DNA of 64,000 nt from Octopus vulgaris (lineage: Eukaryota): positions 18,600,001 through 18,664,000 of the forward strand of contig OX597841.1 in NCBI GenBank assembly GCA_951406725.2, written 5' to 3'. Under the pieces are notes generated by a model. That model saw nothing but the letters and a program-made list of their open reading frames with translations, made no database searches and was not told the DNA's origin. The translations under genes and the position numbers were made by a program. This document shows positions 41,232 through 54,939 of the stretch, piece after piece (position 1 is the first letter of the stretch; the number at the start of each line of letters is the position of its first letter).

Positions 41232-41250
41232 CATACATATACATATACAC

Positions 41251-41309
<59 letters not shown>

Positions 41310-41311
<2 letters not shown>

Positions 41312-41597
41312 GAGGCGCAATGGCCCAGTGGTTAGGGCAGCGGACTCGCGGTCGTAGGATCGCGGTTTCGATTCCCAGACCGGGCGTTGTGAGTGTTTAT
41401 TGAGCGAAAACTCCTAAAGCTCCACGAGGCTCCGGTAGGGGCTGGTGGCTATCCCTGCTGTACTCATTCGCCACAACTTTCTCTCACTCTTCTGTCGGCC
41501 TGCTCGCTTAGCCAGCGGGGTGGCATCATTTGAAGGCTACAACAATGTGAAACGCATTGTGACCAGCGATGTGTAGCAATATCTGATAGCCTGGTCG
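41310..41597 (+). mobile_element. Second tRNA-derived SINE family (octopus OR-type-like)
   Basis: TGGCCCAGTGG A box, GTTTCGATTCC B box; copies 15067-15382, 35495-35803, 51550-51852 (+), 26850-27110 and 21133-21245 (-). Confidence 0.85.
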
Positions 41598-41876
41598 AAA
41601 AAAAAAAAAATATATATATATATATATATAGGGGGAGAGTTCACACAAAAGAGCAAAAGACGAAGACAGGTGGTGTAGAAAACAAACAGATGTATTAGTA
41701 TAACCCTCAGGAATTGAAATATATATATATATAGGCACAACATGGCTGGTTGGTTCAAGAGCTTGCATGTCAAAACGTGGTCTTGGATTCAGTTCCACCA
41801 TGCAGCAACTTGGGCAAGAATTCTCTATCAGAGCTGTGGGTCAACAGAACCCTGTCTTTGTGTAGGTGGTGTGTTT

Positions 41877-41913
<37 letters not shown>

Positions 41914-42046
41914 ATATATATATGTGTGTGCATATATATATATATGCATGTATATATATATATATATGTATATATAGTTGTGTATGAATGTATATAAAGG
42001 TATATATGTATTTGTCTATATAATATACTTCTCTCTCTCTCTGTAT

Positions 42047-42108
<62 letters not shown>

Positions 42109-42534
42109 ATGTATGTATATACAGAGAGAGAGAGAAGTATATTATATAGACAAATATCAATATACATATGTACATATGTATACAGAGACATCCTAAGTCA
42201 TATCTAGTGAGGCGTGAGTGTTTCCTTTTTGGTCTTATATTGCACAATATCTGCTTTAATTATTTGATAATTTTAACATTAGCATTTTGTTAAGTCAGCC
42301 ATAGATTCATAATGGTAAATATATATAAAGACTGGGCGTTGGAATTTAGCTTGACCATCCAGTGACGGAGAAGTCACTACTGGTGAATTAGACAATGATC
42401 TCACTCTCTGTGGAGCAGTTATCTCCCCCTGACAGAATATAACATGTACTTGCTAATCTGCACCCTCAGTCACAACTAGGGACAACTGAATTTTTCCTTT
42501 TCAGTTATATAAATACATACATAGATACATACAT

Positions 42535-42582
<48 letters not shown>

Positions 42583-42633
42583 ATATATATGTATGTATAT
42601 ACAAAAATAAGCAACAAGAATGACTCTGGTGAT

Positions 42634-42719
42634 TTGGTACAATTGTTTCATACTACAACATTTTATTAAAAGCTGTAAATATTACAGCAGATTTAAGATG
42701 CTGAGTAATCTTCAGCCAA
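42634..42719 (-). ncRNA. Type I hammerhead ribozyme motif (canonical core)
   Basis: Minus strand: ttgg-CTGAAGA-ttact...agtat-GAAA-caattg-TA-ccaa; same ACAATTGT stem III as 19609-19681. Confidence 0.78.
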
Positions 42720-44428
42720 TTTATATAGGTTTTCCAATAATATAAAAGCTTTCAAATCAATTAGTAACATTATAGAGAAGGTAAATATACAGATAAAGAT
42801 GTAGATATGAATCTTAGGAACATGAGGTCGTGTAGTTGAGATGTATATATATGTATGTATGTATGTATGCATGTATACACAAATATATATATGTATGTAA
42901 GTACACACACATACATATATATGTGTATATATATATGTATGTATATATGCCATATTGTATCCCTCAGTATAAGTTTACTTGTTATGTGTCCTGGTCACTT
43001 CTGAAATGATTTTCTCTCATCAAACCAATGATTTGCAGCTCCTTCTGAAAGTTGTTGGTTTAACTCACTTTGGGAGCACAGAGGATCAGCCTGGTCAATA
43101 TATCGTTGCCGAAACCTCATGTGGAACATAGCTCCACTCATGGCTAAGTAATCTTGCTTGTGAAAGTCATCCTCGATCACATGCCTTGTTGGGTCCAAAA
43201 CCCTTTTCTCAGGCAGTCTTACTGCTTCCATGTGTTTCAGGATATGTTTCGATTGGATCTAAGCTAGTTTTATACTTACGCTTTTGTAAATTAGTCTTGG
43301 TTTGGAGGGTTCCACAAGCGCCCATATGTCTGAGAAACAGATCTTGGTCCAGCATTGTAGTTTTGGTTTGCTTCCTACAGCTTGATACCCGTTCTAACAA
43401 CAAAACCTTTTGCAGGATGTACAGGACGCATATGTTGTAGCACCAGCACCGTAAGAGTGGAACTGCCATCAGCAACTCATGGTGATTACTCTCAAACCCT
43501 GAATTTTCACTGCCTGAATTGAAAACCAATGGGCAGTTTTTATAGCTCCAGCATGGTCAGTTCACCTTGTGACTCACAAGGCGAAAGTGAGTCCCCATGG
43601 TGGAGGGAAGTTGTTTATTGCTATGAAAAATCGCAGTGGGGAGAATATCTAGGTACTCACACACACACACACACACAATTGTTTTGTTGGTTTGTGTCCT
43701 TAAGTGCACTACAAAATCCTTGGCTAAAGAACTCAGCAGTGACTGGAGAGTCCCTTTTTCCTGTCGTCACTTTTTTTTTTTCTGACACCAGCTTCACAAA
43801 ACGGTCACAGGTATTTAAAGACAGTATTGACACATACATGTGTGAGTGTGTACACACATACATACATGCATATATATGCGTGCATGTATATATATATATA
43901 TGTGTGTGTGTGTATCACTATTCAAAATATGTGGTAAACCTGAAGTGTGTTTATTTCTAGTTGTGTAAAATATATATATTTGGTCAAAATCAAAATGAAA
44001 TATAGTATGCAAAACAACAGTGAAGAACAGAATAGACATGGAAAGCCTCTCGTCAGCCGTGGTGTTCAGAGGTCAGCATAATTGCAGCACATTAAAAAAG
44101 ACTGAACATATTACACACACGTATATTTATCTATATCTAAATCAATATCTATATGTATCCATATATATATATACATCTATATATATATATATATATATAA
44201 TGTAACCTTACAGAGTAAAGTGGATAAGTTTCAAGCCCTCATGGAATGACCAAAAATTACTTGGTGAGAATTTTCATTTTTGTTTGTACAAGCTATACAC
44301 TGCTGCAACAATTTATCTATCTACCTATCCATCTATCTCTATCAAGCTATTTATGTACCTGTCTATCTATTCATTTATCTATCCTCCAACCTATATACCT
44401 ACCTGAGATTATGCATGTATATTTGTGA

Positions 44429-44471
<43 letters not shown>

Positions 44472-45067
44472 GATATATGTGAGTGTATGTTTATACGGGT
44501 TTAAGAATATCTTGTCTCTGCTTGTCTGTTAAAATTTCTATTCATATTTTATATACATATACTTTATATACAGTTTATATACACACTGTTTCCCTCTTTA
44601 TCCCACATGAGAGCTTTTGTGTGTTTTCGTATTTGTGCATACACACATCACCTCACACACTCACACATATAGAGTGTAATATATATATATATATATAAAG
44701 TTAATCCGAACATGAAAACACAAAGAGAAAACACAACAACGTGGAACAATATATATATATATATACAAAATTTAGAGGATTGACTATGGACAGCCTGGAT
44801 GCTAGATATAGATGCCAAAATTGCCATTATCCATGAAGAATGTGTTCTCAAGAAAAAAATTCAGCAAAAAAACCAAAGTTTTTTCTTGAGAACACATTCT
44901 TTGTGGATAATGGCGATTTTGACATCTATATCTAGCATACAGGCTGTCCACTCTTAGTGGTCGATCCTCTAAATTTTGTATGTAAAAAAATTTTTTATCT
45001 TTGGTTGTTTTAAAATATCCTAGGCCACTGGTTTTAATTGATTGATATCAATTTCTACCCTTATTTA

Positions 45068-45121
<54 letters not shown>

Positions 45122-47298
45122 TTATTACTTAATAAATGAAAAAATGGTTTTGTAAATACTCAGACAACCAATATAAACTGTATAACATGTATTGAGTACA
45201 TGAATGGACAGAAGATCCCTACTTCTTCATTAGTTACCAACCAAATGGTACTACTCAGTTTTGAACCATTAAATATTGTTGCTTGTGTATTTGCTATACA
45301 TTTTTTTTCATTTATTATACACACACGCAGACACCACATATGTGTATGTATGTATATATATATACACACACATATATACAAAATATATAACATATATATG
45401 TGTGTGTATACATATATATTATATATATATATATACACACACATATATACACAATATATATATAATATATATATACACACACACATATATATGCATAATA
45501 TATATATATGTATGTATGTATTTTATTTTTTATTTATTTATCATATATATATACATGTATGTGTGTATATGTGCAAATGTCTCTATCTATATCTATCTAT
45601 AAATATGTATACACTCACACATACATACGTATATTTCAAATTCTTGTAGAGATTTTAGCATACAGATATTTGGATATATATATATATGTGTGTGTTTGTA
45701 ATGTACTTCCATATTTCTATGGATCTATATACTGGAATAAATATATTCATACCATCTTTCCTCCTCTCCTCGACCTGTCCTTCATTCTCCATCTTTTCCC
45801 TGCTTCCCTTTACAGTATATATATATATTCCTATGCAACCATATAAGCATGTGTTTATGTGCTTATGTGTGTGTGATACTATTAACTGAAAGACTGCATG
45901 TGTGTGCATATATATATATATATATATAACATGAAGAATGTCAGGAGGTGTGAGATGAATATATTTATTATTCGTTCCACCAGTTGATATCCATGGATAT
46001 CAACTGATGAAATCCAACATCATGGAAAAATAATTTATTTTAGTGTATCATAAATTATACACTAATGTCTGGACTAGTGTGTATGTTATAAATTGCATAG
46101 TACTATTGTACGTTTTACAAACCAATGCAGGTACTGAAGGCTAACTCTTCAGATTAACAGAAAAATATCATGGTTGCATCAATCTTTTTCAACTCCAGTG
46201 TACACATACAAGAAATAATCTTACACCCACACACACATATATATGTTTTTAAACATGGCTGTTGACTTGTTAAGCAAGTATGACCATGACTGACTAAATA
46301 AAGTATACTGCAGTATTACATTTTGTGAGAATGACAATGGCTTTTGAATCCTGCTGGTGACTTTCAGACCCTGTTGCAGGTTTGTCATCCATACAAATTC
46401 TTCTGGCTTCTTTGTTGTTCCAGATCATTATAATGATTTTCTCTGAGCAGCCTCATGTATGTATGTGTATATATATATATATATATAAATTCAAAAAATT
46501 TGGAGACAACAAGAAGGAGTACGGTTGGACATTTCTTTTTCAGTTACTACATTCAGGCTACAACAGACAGAGAGGAAGAGAGGATGTTCTTGAAGCCAAA
46601 GATTTTCAACTTACAGAGACATTATTTATATATCGCCTGAGGAAACACAACTAGATCTCATAATGAAAGGAGACAGTTGCATAATCAAGTACCTGCATGG
46701 CTGGGGAAGTGTGTTGCATAGCTACAATTGTAGTGATTAAAAAATAAATACCCAGCCAGACTCCTTCTTGTTGACTCCAAATTTTTTCAGTTATCTATTC
46801 ACACGTGGCAGAAGCCCAAACTCAAACCTGGAAGTACATAGAATACTCCTACTGGATAGCACAGGGTGAAATCCAAAGGTGGATGAACTTTATTTTGTAC
46901 TCTATTACGTTCTTAAAAGAATGTACCAAAACTATATATAAATTTATAAGTGACAACATTTTGTAAACAAACTTCGGAAGCATCGAATGTGATTCGTATT
47001 TCAGAGACAAGAATGTAATACATCGAATACAGTCTAGCTGTGAAAGGAGCAGGAAGACCCAAATTAGGGGTAAAGTTGTCAATAGACAATCCTGGGATTT
47101 GAACCTCAGGTACAGACTGAGCACTCTACTATTAAGCTAAACGGCCTGCTTATTGATAGAATACTTAGCCAGTATATGAGGGGTGCAGGTTCAAGTCCTG
47201 TACCTCTCTGCTGATAACATTTTTTTTCTGTTAAAATACCCAATTTTTCTGGGGTTTTTTATGGCTTGACTGCATTCAAAATTTATTTTCTTGTCTGC

Positions 47299-47329
<31 letters not shown>

Positions 47330-47594
47330 CGTTATATATATATATGTATGTATATATACATATATATAGATACATATGTATATAAGTATGTATATATATA
47401 TATATGTGTGTGTGTATATATGTGAGAAAGGTAAGTTCAAAAAGAACAATTCAAATTTTTTGTGGGATCCAAAAAGGGAGAAAAAGGGATTTCTTAAAAG
47501 GATTCATCATATTCATTAAAATCAGCCAAAATAGGTAATAAGAGTATTACATATTCTTATTCTCAAATATATATATGTATATATATATGTGTAC

Positions 47595-47635
<41 letters not shown>

Positions 47636-47645
47636 TACGTGTATG

Positions 47646-47677
<32 letters not shown>

Positions 47678-48204
47678 TACGTGTATGTATATATATATAT
47701 ATCAATTAATAATTAAGACTACTAACAGGCAGTACCATTATGCTAAATAAATCACAAATCTACTGAAAACCTGTGGTTTGGTCATTTTGGCTGCTATATT
47801 TAGCATGCCTGTTAGTACCCTTAATTACCAACTGATAATTTTAATCCTTTATGGTTTTTTTTTATGCATACTAAGCCACTGATATCATTATAAACAATGA
47901 TATCCTCATATATATATATATGTATATATATATGTATATGTATATACATATATATATCTGTATGTATGTATATGTCTTCGTCCAAAATAGAGATGGACAC
48001 CTGCTAAGTGACTGCGTTTCCCTTCCACTCTCCATTCTTGTGATGAAAAAAGGAAAACAACAGAGAAACAAGGAGGCGTGAGATTTGACCATTTACGGAA
48101 AAGAGAAATTTTAGTTCAATCTCCAGGACGTTAGGTCTTTGCATAACTTCCCTACTATATATCGAATGTCTGGTGCTTATGTGCGTGTGTATACATAAAG
48201 AGTG

Positions 48205-48530
48205 AAGACCCCCTTCGGTCATGAATGGCCGTGGGACTGCACCCAGAAAGTTCCCCTCTGAGGCGCAAGTCCAGGCAAGACTGTTTATGAAAGACCATGC
48301 ATACCAGCCTCCCTTCTTCTTGCCATCAATGTTATCTGAGAAGAAGGCAAAGGGGCCGATACAGCTTGGCACCAGTGATGTCACAACTCATTTCTACAGC
48401 TGAGAGAAATGGAGCAACAGGAAATAAAGTGTCTTGCTCAAGAACACAACTCACAGCCCGGTCTGGGATTCGAACTCACAACCTCATGATTGTGACTTTG
48501 ACTCTCTAACCACTCATCCATGGGCCTTCA
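48205..48530 (-). mobile_element. Further tRNA-derived SINE family (tcttgagcaagacacttt core); related copies 23520-23785, 57310-57560, 57600-57840
   Basis: B box GAGTTCGAATCC; 3' end CATGACCGAAGGGGGTC shared with the 23520-23785 copy. Confidence 0.65.
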
Positions 48531-48570
48531 CTATATATACACACACACACATAGATACACATATATATAC

Positions 48571-48607
<37 letters not shown>

Positions 48608-48867
48608 CATATACACATAGACACACACATTTATTTATATAGATATGTATGTATATATTTGTATGTATGTGTGTAGGTATATATATACGTTTATAGTCAT
48701 CTGAGCATCTACTAGTGAACCAATCTTATTAATCTGTCTCACACCAACTATTAAATAACTGGACATCAGAGAACAAGATGGTCAGTAACAGTTGGTAGAT
48801 CCCCCCATTCAATTATCTTGACATTTTCTCACCTCCAATGACAGAGAGTATTGTTTTCCTACCTGCC

Positions 48868-48957
48868 ATCTCTGAGGAGCGCATTGTGTTAGTTAACCAC
48901 ACTTTTTAATGTAATACTCATTTCTCCGATACACAGTGTGAAACTGATTTGTAAGAT
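48868..48957 (+). ncRNA. Hammerhead ribozyme motif with long stem II
   Basis: atct-CTGAGGA-gc gcattgtgt...acacagtgt-GAAA-c tgattt g-TA-agat. Confidence 0.6.
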
Positions 48958-49328
48958 CAGCTGCAATGGATCTACAACACTCTATCCTTTTATATATATT
49001 TATGTATGTGTACATGCTTACCATCGTCATCAACATGTTCTCTCCTTTCCCATGCTGACATGGCCTGAAGGATGAGTGGGACATAAGCTTCAGGGTGTCT
49101 CGTTTTGCTCGTCATTGGACACGCCTTCTAAAAAACACAAAAGTCACTTGACAGACAGTATTGAGTGCTGCATTTCATCACACCAGAACAAATGAGGTTA
49201 TGCAAATATACACTCATGCATGCACACATGCAAAAACACATATACATATCTATGTCTGTCTCTCTCTCACACACACACACATTTCAAACATTTGATATTC
49301 AACTCATCTCTTTTGACTCTCTTCTGCA

Positions 49329-49403
<75 letters not shown>

Positions 49404-49639
49404 TAGATATAGACGTCAAAATCGCTATTTTCCACATTCTTTGTATATATATATATATATATACGTTTAAATATTTGTTGTGCAAGATTTTTTATGTGAA
49501 GTCGTGTGTTGAAACAGATATTGTTATATTTCGGAATGGTCATATTGCCAGTTTAGCCAATAAAAACACACGCACTATATATTTGGTGTTACTTTGCTTC
49601 AGTGTTATTTATTTTTTACATTAATCTTAATCTTATTTC

Positions 49640-49684
49640 GGCCAGAGTTCTTTCGTCACACTCCTGTGACCGCATCAGTGGTCC
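49640..49684 (-). ncRNA. Minimal hammerhead-like motif, CUGAUGC variant
   Basis: Minus strand: cca-CTGATGC-g gtcaca ggag tgtgac-GAAA-gaac-TC-tgg, overlapping the loop of a 55-bp-arm fold-back. Confidence 0.5.
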
Positions 49685-49787
49685 TTTGTGACAAAAGAAC
49701 TCTGGCCGAAATAAGATTAAGATTAATGTAAAAAATAAATATATATATATAATATGTATATATATATATATATAATAAGTATATCTA

Positions 49788-49831
<44 letters not shown>

Positions 49832-50308
49832 ATATCATCATCATTATCATCATCTAAACGATGATCATCATGATATATCATATATATATATATATATATA
49901 TACACAAAAGGTCACCTTATGATGTAGGTCTGACGAAGTGCCACTCAAATGTTTAAAGCTTCAAATATTGCAGAACCTTTCACATATAAGTGTTGCATAA
50001 ATCGGCATCAAAAACACGGTTGGTAGAGAGACAACTGTAACTGACCATAAAAGATGCACCACACGCCTTCATTGTTTTCTAATTTAAATTACAAACACAC
50101 ACACACACACAATTGCTGCATGGAAGGTGTTTATAAGCCATTTAAAAGCTCACAAAATCCGTTAGATTCACTTCCACATTCAAATTTGATTTGTCAAAAT
50201 ATTTCTGTCGCTTTGAGACCGTGACTGTACTGAATCTCGGGATTTTGTCAGTGAACAGGTCGAGGTCTCAAAGCGACGGAAATACTTAGGAAAATTAAGT
50301 TTATATGT

Positions 50309-50665
50309 TGGCATCGAGAGTTACACAGATACCAGAACTGGCCATCACCGCAGAGTGCCAAGGACTCCAAATTTGCCATCAATGTGTAAGACAAGATACT
50401 GTGATAGCCTGGGCTTCAGAGGCCCACAGCTCTTCAATATCCTCCCGAAGGACCTGAGAGACCTGCATGGGGTGGATGCAGATGTCTTTAAAATAAAACT
50501 GGATCTCTTCCTGTCAGGTGTTGCTGATGAGGGAAGCTGCATCGAACTCTCTCATGCACCAAATGGCAATTGCTAAAAAGCATTCGTGAAGTAAAATCAT
50601 GTAGCAACACCAAATGGCGGTGCCCCAGCATGGCCATGGCTTGTGAGCTGAAACTAGATAAAGAA
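50309..50665 (+). mobile_element. 5'-truncated copy of the same CR1/L2-like LINE 3' end
   Basis: Near-identical to 23038-23410 (PRTPNLPSMCKTRYCDSLGFRGPQLFNIL). Confidence 0.9.
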
Positions 50666-50791
50666 AGAAGTGAATCTAACGGGTTTTTGTGTGCTTTTAA
50701 ATGGCTTCTAAACATCTTCCACGCTGCAATTGTTTTTGTTCCAGCACACAATCTCAGAGCAGGTCACTTGCTATGCAAGTACATCTCTGTA

Positions 50792-50832
<41 letters not shown>

Positions 50833-50905
50833 CATACAAACATACATATATACATACATATGTATGTATATATATGTATGATCACATCTCTGTAATATAT
50901 ATATG

Positions 50906-50967
<62 letters not shown>

Positions 50968-50996
50968 TATATATGTATATATGTGTGTATATATAT

Positions 50997-51037
<41 letters not shown>

Positions 51038-52109
51038 ATTCAATTAAAGAAATGGAAGAATGATTTGGTATTCAATACGAAGAATATTTTTGACCCAAAA
51101 TTAAACCTACACACATATGTATATATTATGTGTGTGTCTATTTATACCCATGTGTGTATAACATTACATGTTTAAATTTATCACAATGTATATATGGCTT
51201 TTATATATGCTTTTTATAATATATATGTGTGTGTATGCATATGCAGCTGCCTCAGTGTCTGAATATGTGTGTGTTTGTGTATTCATATGTATAAACACAC
51301 ACACATACATACATATATATATGTGTGTGTGTGTATGTATATATATATATATATAAGCATGTGTTTATGTGCTTATGTATGTGTGATACTATTAACTGAA
51401 AGACTGCATGTGTGTGCATATATATATATATATAACATGAAGAATGTCAGGAGGTGTGAGATGAATATATTTATTATTCGTTCCACCAGTTGATATCCAT
51501 GGATATCAACTGATGAAATCCAACATCATGGAAAAATATTTTATTTTAGCAATGGCCCAGTGGTTAGGGCAGCGGACTCGCGCTCGGAGGATCGCGGTTT
51601 CGATTCCCAGACCGGGCGTTGTGAGTGTTTATTGAGCGAAAACACCTAAAGCTCCATGAGGCTCCGGCAGGGGATGGTGGTGATCCCTGCTGTACTCTTT
51701 TGCCACAAATTCTCTCACTCTTTCTTCTGTTGGCCTGCTCGCTTAGCCAGCGGGGTGGCGTCATTTGAAGGCTAAGACAATGTGAAGTGCATTGTGACCA
51801 GCGATGTGTAACAACATCTGATGGTCTGGTCGGTCATGGTGATCACAGTGATATATATATGTATATACAAACAAAGATGTGTGAGTGGAAGGGGCATTGC
51901 TTCAGTTAGTACTTTGTGATGTTGCAAATCGTATCGACTCCATTTATAACAGTGCATAACTTTATGGTTCACTAGTGTTTTAATCATACCAATGTATATA
52001 TATGTACTGTATGAGTGTGTATACATACAAACATACATTCAAACACAAAATTTTTATAAAAAATATATTATACATATATATATATATCTATATCTATATA
52101 TAAATATAT

Positions 52110-52145
<36 letters not shown>

Positions 52146-52361
52146 ATAACAAAGGGTGAAATTAATTAATTAAGAAGTAATCAAAAAATTTCACCAAGTA
52201 GAATTCGGTATGAAAACAGGACCGCTACACGGTAAATTTTAGTAATACTAATAAAGAGGGATCAGCAAAGAATTGCCTCACCGCATACCGAAGTTCAGAA
52301 ATAGCAGCCAAAATCTTAGCCAAGAAATGGCTAAGATTCTTTGCTGAAACCCTTTTTATTA

Positions 52362-52395
<34 letters not shown>

Positions 52396-52464
52396 TCACA
52401 TATATTGTGGATATTACATGCTTACAGATATGATACAATTACCCTCACATCAATGTATTGTCAA

Positions 52465-52496
<32 letters not shown>

Positions 52497-52617
52497 GTGT
52501 ATGTATATATGTATTTATAGATATGCATATATATTTGTACACAGATAAGTGTATATATTTTTACATATATTTGTGTGTGTATATATATATATATGTGTAT
52601 GTATATATACAGACACA

Positions 52618-53829
52618 CAGGGGTTGGACAAAATAATGGAAACAGCTTAAAATTTCAAACAAATTCATTTTAATATTGGGAAGAACCGCCTTTGGCAATA
52701 ATTACAGCTTAAATTCTATGAGGTATGGACTCGTACAAAGTTTGAAGTGTTTCCAAAGGAATTTTTGTCCATTCTTCAGCTAAAACAGTCTCCACTTCTT
52801 GTAGTGATGATGGTGGAGGATATTGACACCTTGTTTTTCTAAAATGAACCATGAAAATAAAATAATATTGATATCTACGGACTGTGGTGGCCAGATAAGA
52901 TGTTCAACTTGACTAGTATGTTCCTCGTGCCATTCGGTAACAACTTCAGCTGTGTGAATTGGTGCATTATCATCCTGAAAGATTGTATTTCCCTCCAGAA
53001 ACAGTTCTGCAACCATAGGATGAATTTGATCAGATAAAATGCTTAATAATCCTGAAAATAAATTCTACCATTAAGGGAAACCACTGGGCTGGCGGATTTC
53101 CAAGATATAGCCCCCACCAGATCATCACAGATCCTCTTTCATATTTAACAGTTAGAAGAAGGCAGTCTGGGTCAAATGCTTCTTTTGGCTCTCTCCACAC
53201 ATATACTTGGCCAGTGGTCAGTAAATAAGGTAAAGGATGACTCTTCCAAAAAAATAACATGCTTCCATTGATCTAGGGACCATTTCTGTAGGTTTTTACT
53301 TCACTCTAAATGTTTTGCTACGTTTGTTTTTGAAAGTAGTGGTTTTCTGATTGCAGCCTTCCCATTAAACCCAGCTTTGTGCAGCTCCTGGCAAACAGTT
53401 TTTGTGGAAACTGGGTTCTCGAGGTGGTCATTAAGCTCTGCAGTAATTTTGGGAGCTGTATTTTTTGTGACCCTTTCTAATAATTCGTGTAAGAGTCGGA
53501 TGGTCCCTGGAAGTTTTTCCCTCTTTCTCAAAGGCTGCCATTACTTTCTAGACACTACTTCTTGATACACCAAACATTGTGGCTGTTTTCATTATGCTAG
53601 CGCCTGTCATATAAGCACCAACAATTTGACCTCTTTGGAAGTCCAATCAATCTGTCATTTTAATTACCTTTTTCTGATGATATCTGAAAAGAAAAAGCAA
53701 TTTTAGCAAAACATATTAAGCAACACTCATAGTAAATCAAAAAACATAAAAATAAACAAGCTTTTGACAGTTTTATAGATATTTCAAAATTATGATGCTA
53801 GGTGTTTCCATTATTTTGTCCAACCCCAA
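52618..53829 (-). mobile_element. Tc1-like DNA transposon, full-length but decayed
   Basis: TIRs GGGGTTGGACAAAATAATGGAAACA / TGTTTCCATTATTTTGTCCAACCCC; fragments VSTKTV..ELHKAG...AIRKPLL, SVMIW, IFQDDNAPIHTA, WPPQSVDIN. Confidence 0.92.
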
Positions 53830-53963
53830 TATGTATATATATATATATACACATGCATGTATATGTATAAATATATACATACCTATATATATATGTGTGT
53901 GTGCATACATATGTACACAAACATGTATTTGTATGTATGTAAATACATATCTATCTATATGTC

Positions 53964-54029
<66 letters not shown>

Positions 54030-54079
54030 TACTTTAAGCTTGCTGACACACATATATTAATACATTTTTATACTGTCAG

Positions 54080-54113
<34 letters not shown>

Positions 54114-54256
54114 ATGCATGTATGTATTTACATATGTATATATATATATATATTAACTTATATATAAACTTATATACATATATATATATATATACATATA
54201 TATATTCATATTCGTGTATGTATATATGTATCCATATATATATATATTTTTATATT

Positions 54257-54325
<69 letters not shown>

Positions 54326-54485
54326 CTATATATGTATATATATATGTGTGTGAGTGTATGTGTATGTAGATATATACTTACACACAGATTATACCTGTAT
54401 ATTTACCCAGTTTATTAATGCATGTGTGTACTAATTGAATATAGATAGATATAGATTTATATGTTTTTGTGTGTGTGTATGTATA

Positions 54486-54539
<54 letters not shown>

Positions 54540-54901
54540 AGTAGGTGAATGAATTATCCTAGTATTGATAATTCGGTTAATTGATACCTGGGTAGCAAAT
54601 TCACGTCAGAAAACACGGTTGAAGCTACATGCCAAGGCAGAAACCCCGTGTTCTTGTGTGGAAATTTGTGTGTTTTTTTATATGAATAAATGAAAGAATG
54701 GAGTCGAACGAAGATTTTAACAAAATTCCTTTACTCTCACACATGTTTCGAAAACTGCATACTCTTAATTCCGAAGGAATAAAGGGTGCATTATGGCCAT
54801 CTCCTCATCAGGAAAGACAAGGAACCTCTATCAGCCTCAAGACGAACAAAAACTTTTTTATGACTTGTTAAAATCTTCGTTCGACTCCATTCTTTCATTT
54901 A

Positions 54902-54939
<38 letters not shown>

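Noticed and set aside
41310-41385. Functional tRNA gene
   Set aside because: tRNA-like head continues into a multi-copy SINE body; acceptor stem not evident
54610-54655. aacacg...tgccaaggca-GAAA-ccc-cgtgtt three-way-junction-like motif
   Set aside because: Lacks a recognisable CUGANGA core and NUH triplet
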